A stretch of 46,502 bases of DNA from a bacterium (GTDB lineage Bacteria; JAJRZV01): the NCBI GenBank assembly GCA_024275095.1, contig JAJRZV010000102.1:1-46502 (forward strand), given 5' to 3'. Position 1 is the stretch's first letter; every line of letters starts with the position of its first letter. The notes beneath the pieces were generated by a model. It was not told the origin of the DNA, ran no database searches, and worked only from the letters and a program-made list of their open reading frames with translations. Made by a program: the position numbers and the translations under genes. This document shows, in pieces, positions 1 through 9,957 of this stretch.

Positions 1-889
1 GGAACTTCCGGAGTGTGCTTTTGCCATACAGGAAGAAATACACGGCAGACGTAGAGGAAGTGATAAAAGCGCTGTTCATAGCGGGGATATCGCAGCGGAA
101 ACTGGCTCAGGTGCTTGAGATATTATACGGGTCTAAACTTTCAGCATCTACCATAAGCAGGATGGCAGAGGTGGGCTCAGAAGAGGTGGAAAAATGGAAG
201 AAGAGGCCTCTTGAGGAGAGATACGCAGTGATATTTCTTGATGCTACGTATTTTTCGCTGAGGAGGGCAAAAATATCAAAGGAGCCCATATATGTGGCTT
301 TAGGGATAAAAGAAGATGGCAGGAGAGAAATACTGGGGTGGTGGCTTGGAGGAAGTGAAGGAGAAAGTGCCGGGATATGGGATGAGATACTTGAGGAACT
401 TAAGGAAAGAGGTGTGAAACAGGTTCATCTTTTTGTAACCGATGGGCTCAAAGGGCTTAAGGAAGCCACCCAGAGGCATTTTCCTTCTTCCGGGTACCAG
501 AGATGCATAATGCATGCTGTGAGATACACATTAACCAGGGTAAGGTTATGTGACAGGGAAAAAGTGGCTCTTATGCTCAAGAGAATTTACAGGGCTGGAA
601 CAAGAGTTGAAGCAGAAAAAGCTTTTGAGAGATTCAAGATCAAATTTCAGCGCATTTATCCGCGTGAAGATTCATTTACACCACAAATCAACTTGAAAGA
701 CTGTTCAAAGAGGTCAAACGCAGACTCAAGGTTATGGAAATCCTGCCTGATGAAGAAAATGCTGATAAAATCCTCTTCCTCATATTCCTGGATGGGGTGA
801 GAAAATCTCAAAAAGAAAACTTCCAAGCTTTGAATTTGTTTTTTCTGATACTTTCCATTCTCTTGCCCACAAGACAATGTAATGATTAA
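1..889 (+). pseudogene. IS256 (mutator) family transposase, 5' end outside window, internal deletion and frameshift near 665
   Basis: Frame open from the window edge with IS256 motifs (VIFLDATY, ALGIKEDGRREILG, SEGESAGIW, FVTDGLKGL, QRCIMH). After RIYPR the conserved C-terminal motif RFIYTTNQLERLFKEVKRRLKV appears in a different frame starting at 668 (stop 887-889), and the segment normally in between is missing. Confidence 0.9.
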
Positions 890-1029
890 ATATTCAAAGA
901 CACAATTGAAGAAACACCATGTCATTTTCTCAGCAGTTCAGGTGGAATCCCATAAAAGAGATGAAAAATCTCCTCGCAACCTAAAATCAAGCCCCCGCAG
1001 TCTTCAAGTCGCAATCGAGCTTATTTCTC

Positions 1030-4000
1030 TCACTCAGTAACAAAGGTCGCGCTGAACGGGAATGACATTGGAGTCCCTCCGAGGTCAGTGACATCCGTTG
1101 ACACATAAATGGTGTACTCTGTGGAGTTTTTCAGGGAGTCAACGGGATCAAAGTAAACCTTTGAGCCCTGAACCGAGATGCAGCCGTAAACCTGATCTCC
1201 TGTGTCACTTTCGAACACCTGAACTGAACCTGTAACCGGGCTGGGACCGTCAACACTTCCTGTAACCGTTGATGGATCAACGGGCTCACTGAAGTATATG
1301 ACAATCTGCGGGCTCACGGACACGCCTGTTTCTCCATCTGCCGGAACACTCGCAGTAACCGAAGGCGGTGTGCTCTCGGTGGTAAAGGTGAAGGTGCTCC
1401 ACGTATCTAAGGAATTTCCAGCATAATCGGTGATAGTGGAGGAAAGGACAGCAGTGTAAGTTTCTCCGCCTTTAAAAGGTGCTGGCGGATAGTATATGAC
1501 AACAGTCCCCGATGTCACATAACTTCCACCTGTGAGCCTTGTGCTGTCACTGCGGAGGAGGTAGAACGATGTCTCGTTAACGCTTGCCGGGTCTATCCCG
1601 TCTCCGGGCGTCGCATCGCTGAAGTAAGCTTTTACAGGAACGGTTACAGAAACGTCAGCAGAACCATCAGCAGGATCACTTCCCGCAAAGACGGGAGCTG
1701 TTGTCTCAATGGTGAACGAGAACTGCGCTCCGCCGAAAGCGGTGGAGGCAAGGTCAGCAATTTTGTCGGTAAGGGTCATGCGGTAGGTCAGACCGCTTTT
1801 AAGATATTCCTTTGGTCTGAATATCACGGTGGTTCGGTAGTTTACGTGGTCAAACTCAAAGGAAATTTCTCCTGCAATGTATGTGGCTCCTCCACCGTAG
1901 TCAAGGAGTATTGTATCGTAGGAAGGATCAGGGGGATCAGATGCGCGGATGCTTTCGGGAATGATGTGCTCGTCAAAGGTTACTTTGATCTCCACATTAC
2001 CCGGGATACCACTTTCACCATCAGCGGGGCTCGTTGAAAAAATGCTGGGAGCCGCCTGATCCGTCTGTGATGCCGTCCGGAAGCCGAAGCTCTGCAGGGA
2101 GGGATAGGGATTTCCCGTGAAATCAAGAAGTCCCTGGGTGAGCACAATGAGAAAGTCAGTCTGTGTGTCCAACTCGGGAACCGGTGAGATTGAAATCAGC
2201 CTCCTGTTCCTTGAAATTGAGATAAGCCCGCCCACCTTTTCTCCTGTGCTCTGATTGTAGAGATAAAATGTGGTGTCATTGACCTGAAGGGGATCAAGAG
2301 GGCGTGAAAGCACCACTGCCACAGCCCAGTCAGTTGGTGCATTGAGAATCTGATAAGGGACAGCATCTGCAGTATTTGCCGGACTTGTTCTGAAGGAAAT
2401 GATGTAGTCGTCTTCAAGAAAGTTTCCCTGAGTGTCCCTGACCCCATTCATTCCGCCACGGAGGGTGAGCGTGTAAGATGCCTCAAAGGCGAACTCAACT
2501 CCCGGATAAAGGGTCAGTATTCTTTCGGAATAAACAGCCGTTGCTGGAATGGCACTGGTTTCATCGCTCACATAACCCTGATTGATGAAGACATTGTCAG
2601 GGACTCCGTTGCCGTTAGAGTCAACCAGGAGGCTAAGTGCATCCATATCCCTGGAGAATATCACGGTCACATGAGAATTTACGGGAACGTCCTGAGCATT
2701 TTTGAGGGGTGATACCTTTGTGTGGGTGTTTTCTGCGTATATTTCCTGGATGAGAGGAGGGTCTCCGGTGGTGAAGGAAAAGTTTGTATCAGGAATGGAT
2801 GCGGCTGCGTCCTCTGTGGTGATCTGAGAGGTGAGGTGAACTGTATAGGTGGTGTTGTAAAGAAGGGGATGGAGCTGGTTGAGACAGTTGTATCTTCCGG
2901 GGTCGGGAGTGAACACTGCTTCGTTTACCCCAGCCAAGCCGTCACCGCTGATGTCGCTGCACCCTGCGGTATTGTTGAAAGTGATGGTTCCGGGAAGTAC
3001 AACCGTTCTGGAGAATGAGTCCTGAAATGTCACATAAAACGAAGAAGACGTGATGGTGCTGGGGTCCATGCACTCGGCAAATATCACGGTGATTGAAGTG
3101 CTCACGCTCACCCCGGTCTGCCCTGACTGGGGATCTGTACTGAGGATAAGGTTTGAGACACGGGTGCGAAAGGTGGAGGTGAAATCAGCAGGAAGAATCT
3201 GACCCTGGAGTCCGGTAATGCCGGCAGAACCGCCCCTCACAAAAATTTTGTAGAGAGTATCAAATGAAAGCGGAGCCGGGAATGTTAAGATAGCGGTATA
3301 CGTCGTATGGTCATATGAGGCAAAAGCGGTCAGGGGAGCATCCCAGCTGGTACAGTCCTGATTGAGGCACGGTACCACGTAAAAATTGTCCGGGACTGCG
3401 TCACCATCGGCATCCCGTGTAACAGAATTTTCGTACACTCCTGCGTTGAACGTTACCTTCACCTGGGTCCACAGGGAGACACCAACTGCACCGCTTTCAG
3501 GTCTCACCTCCACCACTGAAAGCGGAGGTACTGGCATGGTGTGGAAAACAAATGAAAAGGGCTCTGCAAGATACCCTCCTTCAGGGGTGGCTATTTTGCT
3601 GCGGATAGAGGAACTGAGAGAAACAAGGTAATAGGAATTATACTCCAGGGAGCTTTGAGGAACGAGTGAAGCTTTTGTTTCGGGCACGTCTGGAGGCAGA
3701 AGAAGCGTGCATGTGAGAGGATCTGGAGAAAGAAAGGACGTACATGAGGCATCTGCACACTTTCTGAGGATAAAAGAAGCTCCCGCATCATTTGTGGTGA
3801 AGGATCCGGAATCAATAGCCTGATCAAATATCACCTCAATGCTAGTGGTAACATCAACGTTTTCTCCGTTCGGGGAGGGCTTCACTGCTACAATGCGAAG
3901 AGGAGGAGGGTCAGATGTTTTGAAGTTGAGCACATATCTTTCAGAGAGAAACCCCCCCTCTGCAGTTGCAATGGTGCTTTCCACTCCCTGCTCCAGAATA

Positions 4001-5001
4001 ATCGTATACGTAGTGGATGCATCAAAGTCTGAGGAAGGATTGATAAAAACCCTTGTGGAATCAGCACTCAGGGTAATGACATAAGGAAAAGGAGGATCAA
4101 GGATTAACGTGGTTCCTTCAATTAAGGTGGCAGGGTCCACAGGCAGAGAAAATGCAATTTCAATCGGGGACAGCTTCACTTTACCTGTTACAAGATCAAC
4201 CTCTCCCACATTATCAGCAAAGGGCGAAGGGCTTGAATAAATTATCTGGAGGGGTGGAGGATTTACAGTTTTAAAGGAAAAAGAAACGTCCTCAGTAAGG
4301 CTTCCCCCGCTTTCAGTTGCAATGGCACTTTTTATTGTTCGGGAAAGCCACACCGTGTACCAGGTGGATGCATTGAGTCCTCCGGAAGGAGAGAATGTAA
4401 GTTCAGTATAATTCTCCGTAAAGGCTATGGTACCGGAAACGTCTGCTGATGGATTTGAAGAAGGATAAACCCTGAAAGTCTCACCTGCGCGAACTGATTG
4501 AGGGTCAACAGGCTCAGAAAAGAGAACTTTCACGTTCAAGTTAACCTTTCCATCAGATCTCAGCGAGCCAGCTTCTGTGCTCTCAGGAGAAGGAGAAACT
4601 GAGATAATGAAAAGAGAAGGAGGATCAACTGTCCGGAAAGTAGCCCTCACCTCTGCGGGAAGCCTTTTTCCGCTTCTGCTTTTCACATTTCTTGTAATTA
4701 CAAATGTGTAGGAACGAGAATAGCTGAGAAGCACGTCCGGCTGATAAAGCGCTGTGAAGGTTTCTGGATTATATGAAATGGAACCGGGAACAGGCTCGCC
4801 CGTCTGAGAGTCCAAGAGAAAAATGTTTTCAGGTGTGAGTGTTCCTTCATCCACAGCCTCAGAAAAAATAGCCTCTATCTGCACATCCCTTGCCACATTT
4901 CCACTTCCACCAGAAGGACTGATGCTTACCACCGTAAAGTGATATCTCACTTCAGTACATCCAAATAAAATCAAAAGGAGAAAACTTACGACTTTTCGCA
5001 T
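1030..5001 (-). CDS. Large surface lipoprotein with about 11 tandem Ig-like (Big_5/SbsA-like) domains
   Basis: Lipobox LLILFG-C. Repeating ~110-130 aa units that start S-x-S-P-x-x-G, contain I-x-V-x-F-S-E-x-V-D and end F-S-F-x-T. Confidence 0.85.
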   Translation of the reverse strand: MRKVVSFLLLILFGCTEVRYHFTVVSISPSGGSGNVARDVQIEAIFSEAVDEGTLTPENIFLLDSQTGEPVPGSISYNPETFTALYQPDVLLSYSRSYTFVITRNVKSRSGKRLPAEVRATFRTVDPPSLFIISVSPSPESTEAGSLRSDGKVNLNVKVLFSEPVDPQSVRAGETFRVYPSSNPSADVSGTIAFTENYTELTFSPSGGLNASTWYTVWLSRTIKSAIATESGGSLTEDVSFSFKTVNPPPLQIIYSSPSPFADNVGEVDLVTGKVKLSPIEIAFSLPVDPATLIEGTTLILDPPFPYVITLSADSTRVFINPSSDFDASTTYTIILEQGVESTIATAEGGFLSERYVLNFKTSDPPPLRIVAVKPSPNGENVDVTTSIEVIFDQAIDSGSFTTNDAGASFILRKCADASCTSFLSPDPLTCTLLLPPDVPETKASLVPQSSLEYNSYYLVSLSSSIRSKIATPEGGYLAEPFSFVFHTMPVPPLSVVEVRPESGAVGVSLWTQVKVTFNAGVYENSVTRDADGDAVPDNFYVVPCLNQDCTSWDAPLTAFASYDHTTYTAILTFPAPLSFDTLYKIFVRGGSAGITGLQGQILPADFTSTFRTRVSNLILSTDPQSGQTGVSVSTSITVIFAECMDPSTITSSSFYVTFQDSFSRTVVLPGTITFNNTAGCSDISGDGLAGVNEAVFTPDPGRYNCLNQLHPLLYNTTYTVHLTSQITTEDAAASIPDTNFSFTTGDPPLIQEIYAENTHTKVSPLKNAQDVPVNSHVTVIFSRDMDALSLLVDSNGNGVPDNVFINQGYVSDETSAIPATAVYSERILTLYPGVEFAFEASYTLTLRGGMNGVRDTQGNFLEDDYIISFRTSPANTADAVPYQILNAPTDWAVAVVLSRPLDPLQVNDTTFYLYNQSTGEKVGGLISISRNRRLISISPVPELDTQTDFLIVLTQGLLDFTGNPYPSLQSFGFRTASQTDQAAPSIFSTSPADGESGIPGNVEIKVTFDEHIIPESIRASDPPDPSYDTILLDYGGGATYIAGEISFEFDHVNYRTTVIFRPKEYLKSGLTYRMTLTDKIADLASTAFGGAQFSFTIETTAPVFAGSDPADGSADVSVTVPVKAYFSDATPGDGIDPASVNETSFYLLRSDSTRLTGGSYVTSGTVVIYYPPAPFKGGETYTAVLSSTITDYAGNSLDTWSTFTFTTESTPPSVTASVPADGETGVSVSPQIVIYFSEPVDPSTVTGSVDGPSPVTGSVQVFESDTGDQVYGCISVQGSKVYFDPVDSLKNSTEYTIYVSTDVTDLGGTPMSFPFSATFVTE

Positions 5002-5146
5002 GGTGTCCCTCCTTCAACAGATTTCACTCTATAGCTTCAACGGGAAAAAGAAGGGAAAGGTTACAGATAAAATTTATTTCATCAACGACGGGGGGAAATT
5101 TTTGGGATTTTCTTCTGCGGCACCTTTGTGGGAACGTATTGAAATG

Positions 5147-5525
5147 GGGGTCGGGTCTCAACATTGGACATTCGGGGTTCAATGCTGGGGGGATGGGGGA
5201 GGTAGGGTATGTGGAATGGGGATTGCTTTGGTCATCCCCACGCTGTGTGGGATTCGCTTGCAAGGACTGGTGCCCCGGAGATTGCTTCGCCGCTCGCCCG
5301 CCAGAGGCGTGCTCACTCCTCCCAATGATACAAGAAACCGTCATTATGAGCGCTGCTATGGCAGTGCGAAGCAATCTCGGGGACTGCTTTGTGTTCCGCC
5401 GAAGGCGTAACTTCTCACAGTGACTGGTGCAGAACGCGACCGCTTCGGTCGACTTGTTGTTTCGCAGGACTCCTCGCAGTGACCGGCAAGGGGGGTTTTG
5501 CTTCGCATGACTTCCTCGCAATGAC
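5147..5525. repeat. Composite REP-like palindromic repeat array, copy 1
   Basis: Leader GGGGTCGGGTCTCAACATTGGAC...GTTCAATGCTG followed by about 6 degenerate GATTGCTTCG...CTCGCAATGAC units, one inverted at 5340-5378. Confidence 0.8.
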
Positions 5526-5845
5526 TGGCATGAGAGTGACTGGTTCTTGGTTTGCGGTTTGGAGTGTGGCACTCCTTCCTGGATTCTCCCTTCTCAAGGG
5601 GGAGATGGAGGGGAAGCTCTCATCAAAGGTGGAAAAGAAAGGAAGGATGTTCACCTGTCGAGGGTAGAGTTTCAAAAAAAAGGGACTTTTTGGCCGATGT
5701 CACTGTGATATTTTGTTTCTCGGGAAAGATAACCTCAAAAGCGTGGAACCTCCACCATGCCCCCTCCACCCCCTGAGGGAAAATCAAGAAGGGGGAATGC
5801 AGAAAGATTATTGCTTTTTCAGCTCAAACGGGAAATACTATTTTC

Positions 5846-6400
5846 ATGCATGCCGAATCCAGGAGCTCATGCGTTAAAAGTGTAATTGTTGTTACATTTA
5901 TCGCATTTGTTGTTTGTTCCTGGAGCGCATTTGCAGGAGAAAAGTTCTATCGCTACAAGGATGCAGACGGGAATGAAATTATAGTAAATGACCCTTCCAT
6001 TATTCCTGAGCAGTATCGCAAAAGTACCAAACCATATGTGCCGCCGCCGTTAGCGCTGGGTAAAGATGACTCGAAATCCGTTGTTATATTTAATGTGAAA
6101 AAACGTAAAGATTTGGCGAATCTTCTGAACAAACTAAGGACGATTTTACAAAATGCTTCTTCCAGGTCCGGAAATAAATCTAAACGTGAGAACCGGAACA
6201 GCCTGCAGGCAGGACAGGTTCTCTCCTTTTATGAGGGCAATATGTACGGCTTTATCAATGTAAACAAACTTTCAATGTTTCTTGAACAGCACCCTGAGAT
6301 TAAGAGAAAAGTAATTGAAATACTTCGACGCTTACTACCACCTGAAGCTAAACGTCATCCTCTATTTGCTGAATTATTGAATGAAAAGCCTGACAGGTAG
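5846..6400 (+). CDS. Exported protein with DUF4124-like N-terminal motif
   Basis: Signal-peptide-like N-terminus ending AFA, followed by FYRYKDADG...NDPSIIPEQYR. Confidence 0.65.
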   Translation: MHAESRSSCVKSVIVVTFIAFVVCSWSAFAGEKFYRYKDADGNEIIVNDPSIIPEQYRKSTKPYVPPPLALGKDDSKSVVIFNVKKRKDLANLLNKLRTILQNASSRSGNKSKRENRNSLQAGQVLSFYEGNMYGFINVNKLSMFLEQHPEIKRKVIEILRRLLPPEAKRHPLFAELLNEKPDR

Positions 6401-6523
6401 AAAATAGCGTCAGTATCTGAAGCCTGGAAGATAGAAAAGAAATACGTGTGAGAGATAAATGTATTCGTACGTGCCTTTCACAGCATTTTTTTTGATGTAC
6501 CTTTTGATAATCCTTAAGAGCAC

Positions 6524-8773
6524 ATGATGAGTAAGGAGACAGGATTAAAACTCAGTCGGAATATGAGTCTTTTTTCCGTCACCATGATCGGTGTCGGTGC
6601 CATGATTGGAGCGGGAATATTTGTGCTCACGGGAATCGCCGCTGGTCTTGCCGGCCCTGCAATAATACTGGTTTTTATATTTAACGGGATAGTCGCGTTT
6701 TTTACGGCCTCAACATACGCAGAACTGGGAGCTTCTCTTCCTGAGGCAGGCGGCGGATATTTGTGGGTCAAGAACAGCTTACCTCATCCTTCCGGTTTTC
6801 TTTCGGGGTGGATGTCCTGGATGGCGCACTCCGTAGCGTGCTCGCTGTATGCCGCCGGGTTCAGCGCATATTTCATACAATTCTTGAATTCCGTTAACAT
6901 AAAGGTGCCTCTTCCTTACGTTGTACAGAAGAGTCTTGTCGGTTTGTTCATCGTGTTTCTTTTTTCTTACATCAACTACCGGGGCGCCAAGGAGACAGGC
7001 AGAGCAGAAAGCGTGGTTACTGTGATGAAGGTGCTCATATTGCTGGTGTTCGGTGCCATGGGATTGGCTCTTATATTTAAGGAACCTGTCAGGCTGGGGC
7101 ACTTTTCCCCATTTTTTTCTGAAGGAACAAAGGGAATTCTCATAGCCATGGGTTTAACGTATATCGCATTCGAGGGATATGAAATTATTGCCCAGAGTGG
7201 TGAAGAAATTGTAAACCCCAAAAAGAACATTCCAAAAGCTATTTTTTACTCCCTTCTGATTGTGGTGCCCATTTACGTGCTGGTCGCTTTTGTTGCTCTC
7301 GGTGTGTCAAATCCTGTGGCGGGCCAGACAGCCTGGGCATATCTTGCTGTAAAGAAAGAAGTCGCAATACTGGAAGCTGCTACGAATATCAGCCAGTTTG
7401 GAGGGATAATTGTTATGCTCGGAGGTCTGCTTTCTACAGTATCCGCGCTGAATGCTACCATTTACAGCTCATCGAGGGTCGCCTTCGCTATGGGAAGGGA
7501 TTATAATTTCCCCGAATTTTTCGCTACTATCCACAAGAAATATAAAACTCCCACAGGGTCTATAATTGCATCTTCTGTGCTGATTTCCGCGATGTTTCTT
7601 TTTCTTCCCATTGAAGATATTGCTGCAAGTGCAGATGTGATGTTTTTATTTCTGTTTATACTGGTTAATTTTTCTCTTATTCACATCCGGAGAAACAACC
7701 CACGTGTCATAAAAGGTTACCGCTCTCCATTGTTTCCTCTTTTCCCGGTGCTCGGTATTCTTACTCAGATGGTACTGATCATGGTGCTTTTCTGGTACAG
7801 TCCCAAGGCATTTCTGACAACCTTCCTGTGGATTGGAATGGGTGTGTCTGTGTTCTATGGCTACTCGCGCTTTCATGAGAAAGAAGAGGTTGGTCCGCGC
7901 GTGATCATAGAGGAGAGGGAAATAGAGAAAAAAGAATACACAGTCGTTGTTGCTATTAAGGACACTTATGACATGATGCAACTTATGAATATAGCAGTTC
8001 CCATTGCAAAAGGAGAAAATGGTGATATTGTTGTCACCAGCATAATCCACTTGCCAGATCAAACCCCTCTCCACGCAGGCAAGCGGTTCATTGAAAGCAG
8101 AAGAAAGTTACTCAAGCTCGCAGATAACCTGGGGGAGAAACAAGGGGTGCCTGTGAACATCAACATTATCGCTTCTCACCGGGTGGACCAGGGGATTGTC
8201 AGTAGCGTAGAAGAATACAAGGCCGACGCTCTCATTCTCGGTATGAGTGAACGAGAGCGGAGAGGTAAGATACTCGGACGTGTACTGGAACCCACTGTAT
8301 ATAACAGCCCGGGTGATGTGGGAATTTTACAACTCAGTAACAACGCGAGGCCTCCTGTAAAGCTCCTGGTACCCACGGCAGGGGGACCAAATGCCCGTCT
8401 TGCGTTTAAATGGGCATATTACATTGCCACGCATTATAACGGCCGGGTTTCTTTGTTATACGTAGCAAAAGATCAGTCCGAGCAGCGAACTGCAGAACGC
8501 TGGCTTGCTGAAACAAAGAAAGCAATCGAATTCGACCCCGGGTATGTGGAAGAAAAGATTTTGTATCGAAAAAATATAGCCCAGGTCCTCCTGACGGAAA
8601 GTAACTCTTACGACCTTGTAGTCATTGGTGCAAGCAATGAACCTATATACCGAAGAATACGTCTCGGTACCATTCCAGAAAAGCTGGCACGACACGCGCG
8701 CCCTCCTGTTCTTATTGTAAAAAAATATGAAGGACCGATTTTATCCTGGATAAGAAGATTCGTGAGAATTTAG
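6524..8773 (+). CDS. APC-family amino acid permease fused to two C-terminal universal stress protein (USP)-like domains
   Basis: GVGAMIGAGIF, YAELGASLPEAGGGY, AFEGYE and SSSRVAFAMGRD motifs with about 12 TM segments. C-terminal LLVPTAGGPNA...DLVVIGAS...GTIPEKLA...PVLIVK. Confidence 0.9.
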   Translation: MMSKETGLKLSRNMSLFSVTMIGVGAMIGAGIFVLTGIAAGLAGPAIILVFIFNGIVAFFTASTYAELGASLPEAGGGYLWVKNSLPHPSGFLSGWMSWMAHSVACSLYAAGFSAYFIQFLNSVNIKVPLPYVVQKSLVGLFIVFLFSYINYRGAKETGRAESVVTVMKVLILLVFGAMGLALIFKEPVRLGHFSPFFSEGTKGILIAMGLTYIAFEGYEIIAQSGEEIVNPKKNIPKAIFYSLLIVVPIYVLVAFVALGVSNPVAGQTAWAYLAVKKEVAILEAATNISQFGGIIVMLGGLLSTVSALNATIYSSSRVAFAMGRDYNFPEFFATIHKKYKTPTGSIIASSVLISAMFLFLPIEDIAASADVMFLFLFILVNFSLIHIRRNNPRVIKGYRSPLFPLFPVLGILTQMVLIMVLFWYSPKAFLTTFLWIGMGVSVFYGYSRFHEKEEVGPRVIIEEREIEKKEYTVVVAIKDTYDMMQLMNIAVPIAKGENGDIVVTSIIHLPDQTPLHAGKRFIESRRKLLKLADNLGEKQGVPVNINIIASHRVDQGIVSSVEEYKADALILGMSERERRGKILGRVLEPTVYNSPGDVGILQLSNNARPPVKLLVPTAGGPNARLAFKWAYYIATHYNGRVSLLYVAKDQSEQRTAERWLAETKKAIEFDPGYVEEKILYRKNIAQVLLTESNSYDLVVIGASNEPIYRRIRLGTIPEKLARHARPPVLIVKKYEGPILSWIRRFVRI

Positions 8774-9103
8774 AAAAAAAACGTAAATGTCTTTCTATTT
8801 TTAACAGGATTTCCGCAGCATATGAATGACACGACCCATGATGTATCATGACCCATTTTCTACAGTTGCATTCCAAAAGTTTTTATAAATCAATGTGTTA
8901 TGAGCACACGATTTTCTTTTGGCACCACAGTTCTCTGTCCGGGAAAGAAAGGGTGTTTATTTAGCTTTCTTTCTCCGGTCAGCGGAAGCCTCAAAAGATA
9001 TCGCCTGTCTTTTAATCTCACTTCCACCTGCTCCACGGAAACAACTTGGGGGATTTTAAACCGGGGAAGGCATTCACGGCTGCAAAAGGGCAACAAGATA
9101 CAA

Positions 9104-9847
9104 TTACGGCAGATATAAAAGCGGGTTTACCGGAATTTTACCCCTGCGAATTTCAAAATGCAGATGAGGACCGGTAATCCGGCCGGTCTGGCCCACGCGG
9201 CCGATAATATCACCCTGTTTTACAAAGTCACCTTCCTTCACCAAGTTTACCTGGTTGTGTGCATAAACAGTGAAAAAATTCCCGGTGTGTTTAATCACAA
9301 TTAAATTACCATATCCTTTGAGTTCATCTCCTGAATACACCACGCGTCCATCAGCAGCGGCCCTGATGGGAGTGCCTTCTGGTGCTGAAATATCTATTCC
9401 ATCGTGGGGACGGCCATTACGCCTGCCAAATCCACTGGTAATGGTTCCCACGACGGGCCAGACAAATCTGCCCTTGCCTTTTGAAGGATGCTTTTGAATC
9501 TTTGAATTAGGAGACGAGGATGATGAGCGTGGCTGCGCCCTGGATAAGGAATACGTTTGTGAATGCTTGCTTTTCTCCGGGCTCGAAGCTGTTTCAGAGG
9601 TGTATGGCTTCACATCAAGCACGTGATCGGCACCCGGAATAAAAAGCACCTGGCCTTCTTTGATTTCTTCAGGATCATCAAGCCGGTTGGCAACAATAAT
9701 ATCTTCCATTTTTACCCCGTACGTTTTTGCAATACGGTAAAGGGTCTGCCCTTTTTTAACGGTATGGTATACCCCGTATGGTGTTCCACATGAATATAAG
9801 AATATAACCGCTGCTGCAACGAAAACTGCTTTCTTCATGTAAGCCAA
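9104..9847 (-). CDS. nlpD: LysM/M23 peptidase lipoprotein, NlpD-like
   Basis: Lipobox FLYS-C, LysM (YHTVKKGQTLYRIA), M23 motifs HDGID, YAHN and HLHFE; follows surE-pcm-yqaA. Start is TTG 9847 or ATG 9838. Confidence 0.85.
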   Translation of the reverse strand: MAYMKKAVFVAAAVIFLYSCGTPYGVYHTVKKGQTLYRIAKTYGVKMEDIIVANRLDDPEEIKEGQVLFIPGADHVLDVKPYTSETASSPEKSKHSQTYSLSRAQPRSSSSSPNSKIQKHPSKGKGRFVWPVVGTITSGFGRRNGRPHDGIDISAPEGTPIRAAADGRVVYSGDELKGYGNLIVIKHTGNFFTVYAHNQVNLVKEGDFVKQGDIIGRVGQTGRITGPHLHFEIRRGKIPVNPLLYLP

Positions 9848-9957
9848 CTCCCTCGTTGGGAAATTTTAGCAGCTCGGGACATAACAGGTCACATTAAACT
9901 GTCTGTTCACAACGCAAACCTCTACTTTTTATGTTCACGTGATATCATGAAAACGTC

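Noticed and set aside
5219-5525. Possible CRISPR array
   Set aside because: Repeats are degenerate, unevenly spaced and in mixed orientation, and no cas genes are present.
5000-5776. Several overlapping ORFs of 74-182 aa on both strands
   Set aside because: They are translations of the palindromic repeats (e.g. MLRPDP also appears at 36.4 kb) with no protein-like features.
8890-9118. Short ORFs between the permease and nlpD
   Set aside because: No recognisable motif or convincing SD sequence.
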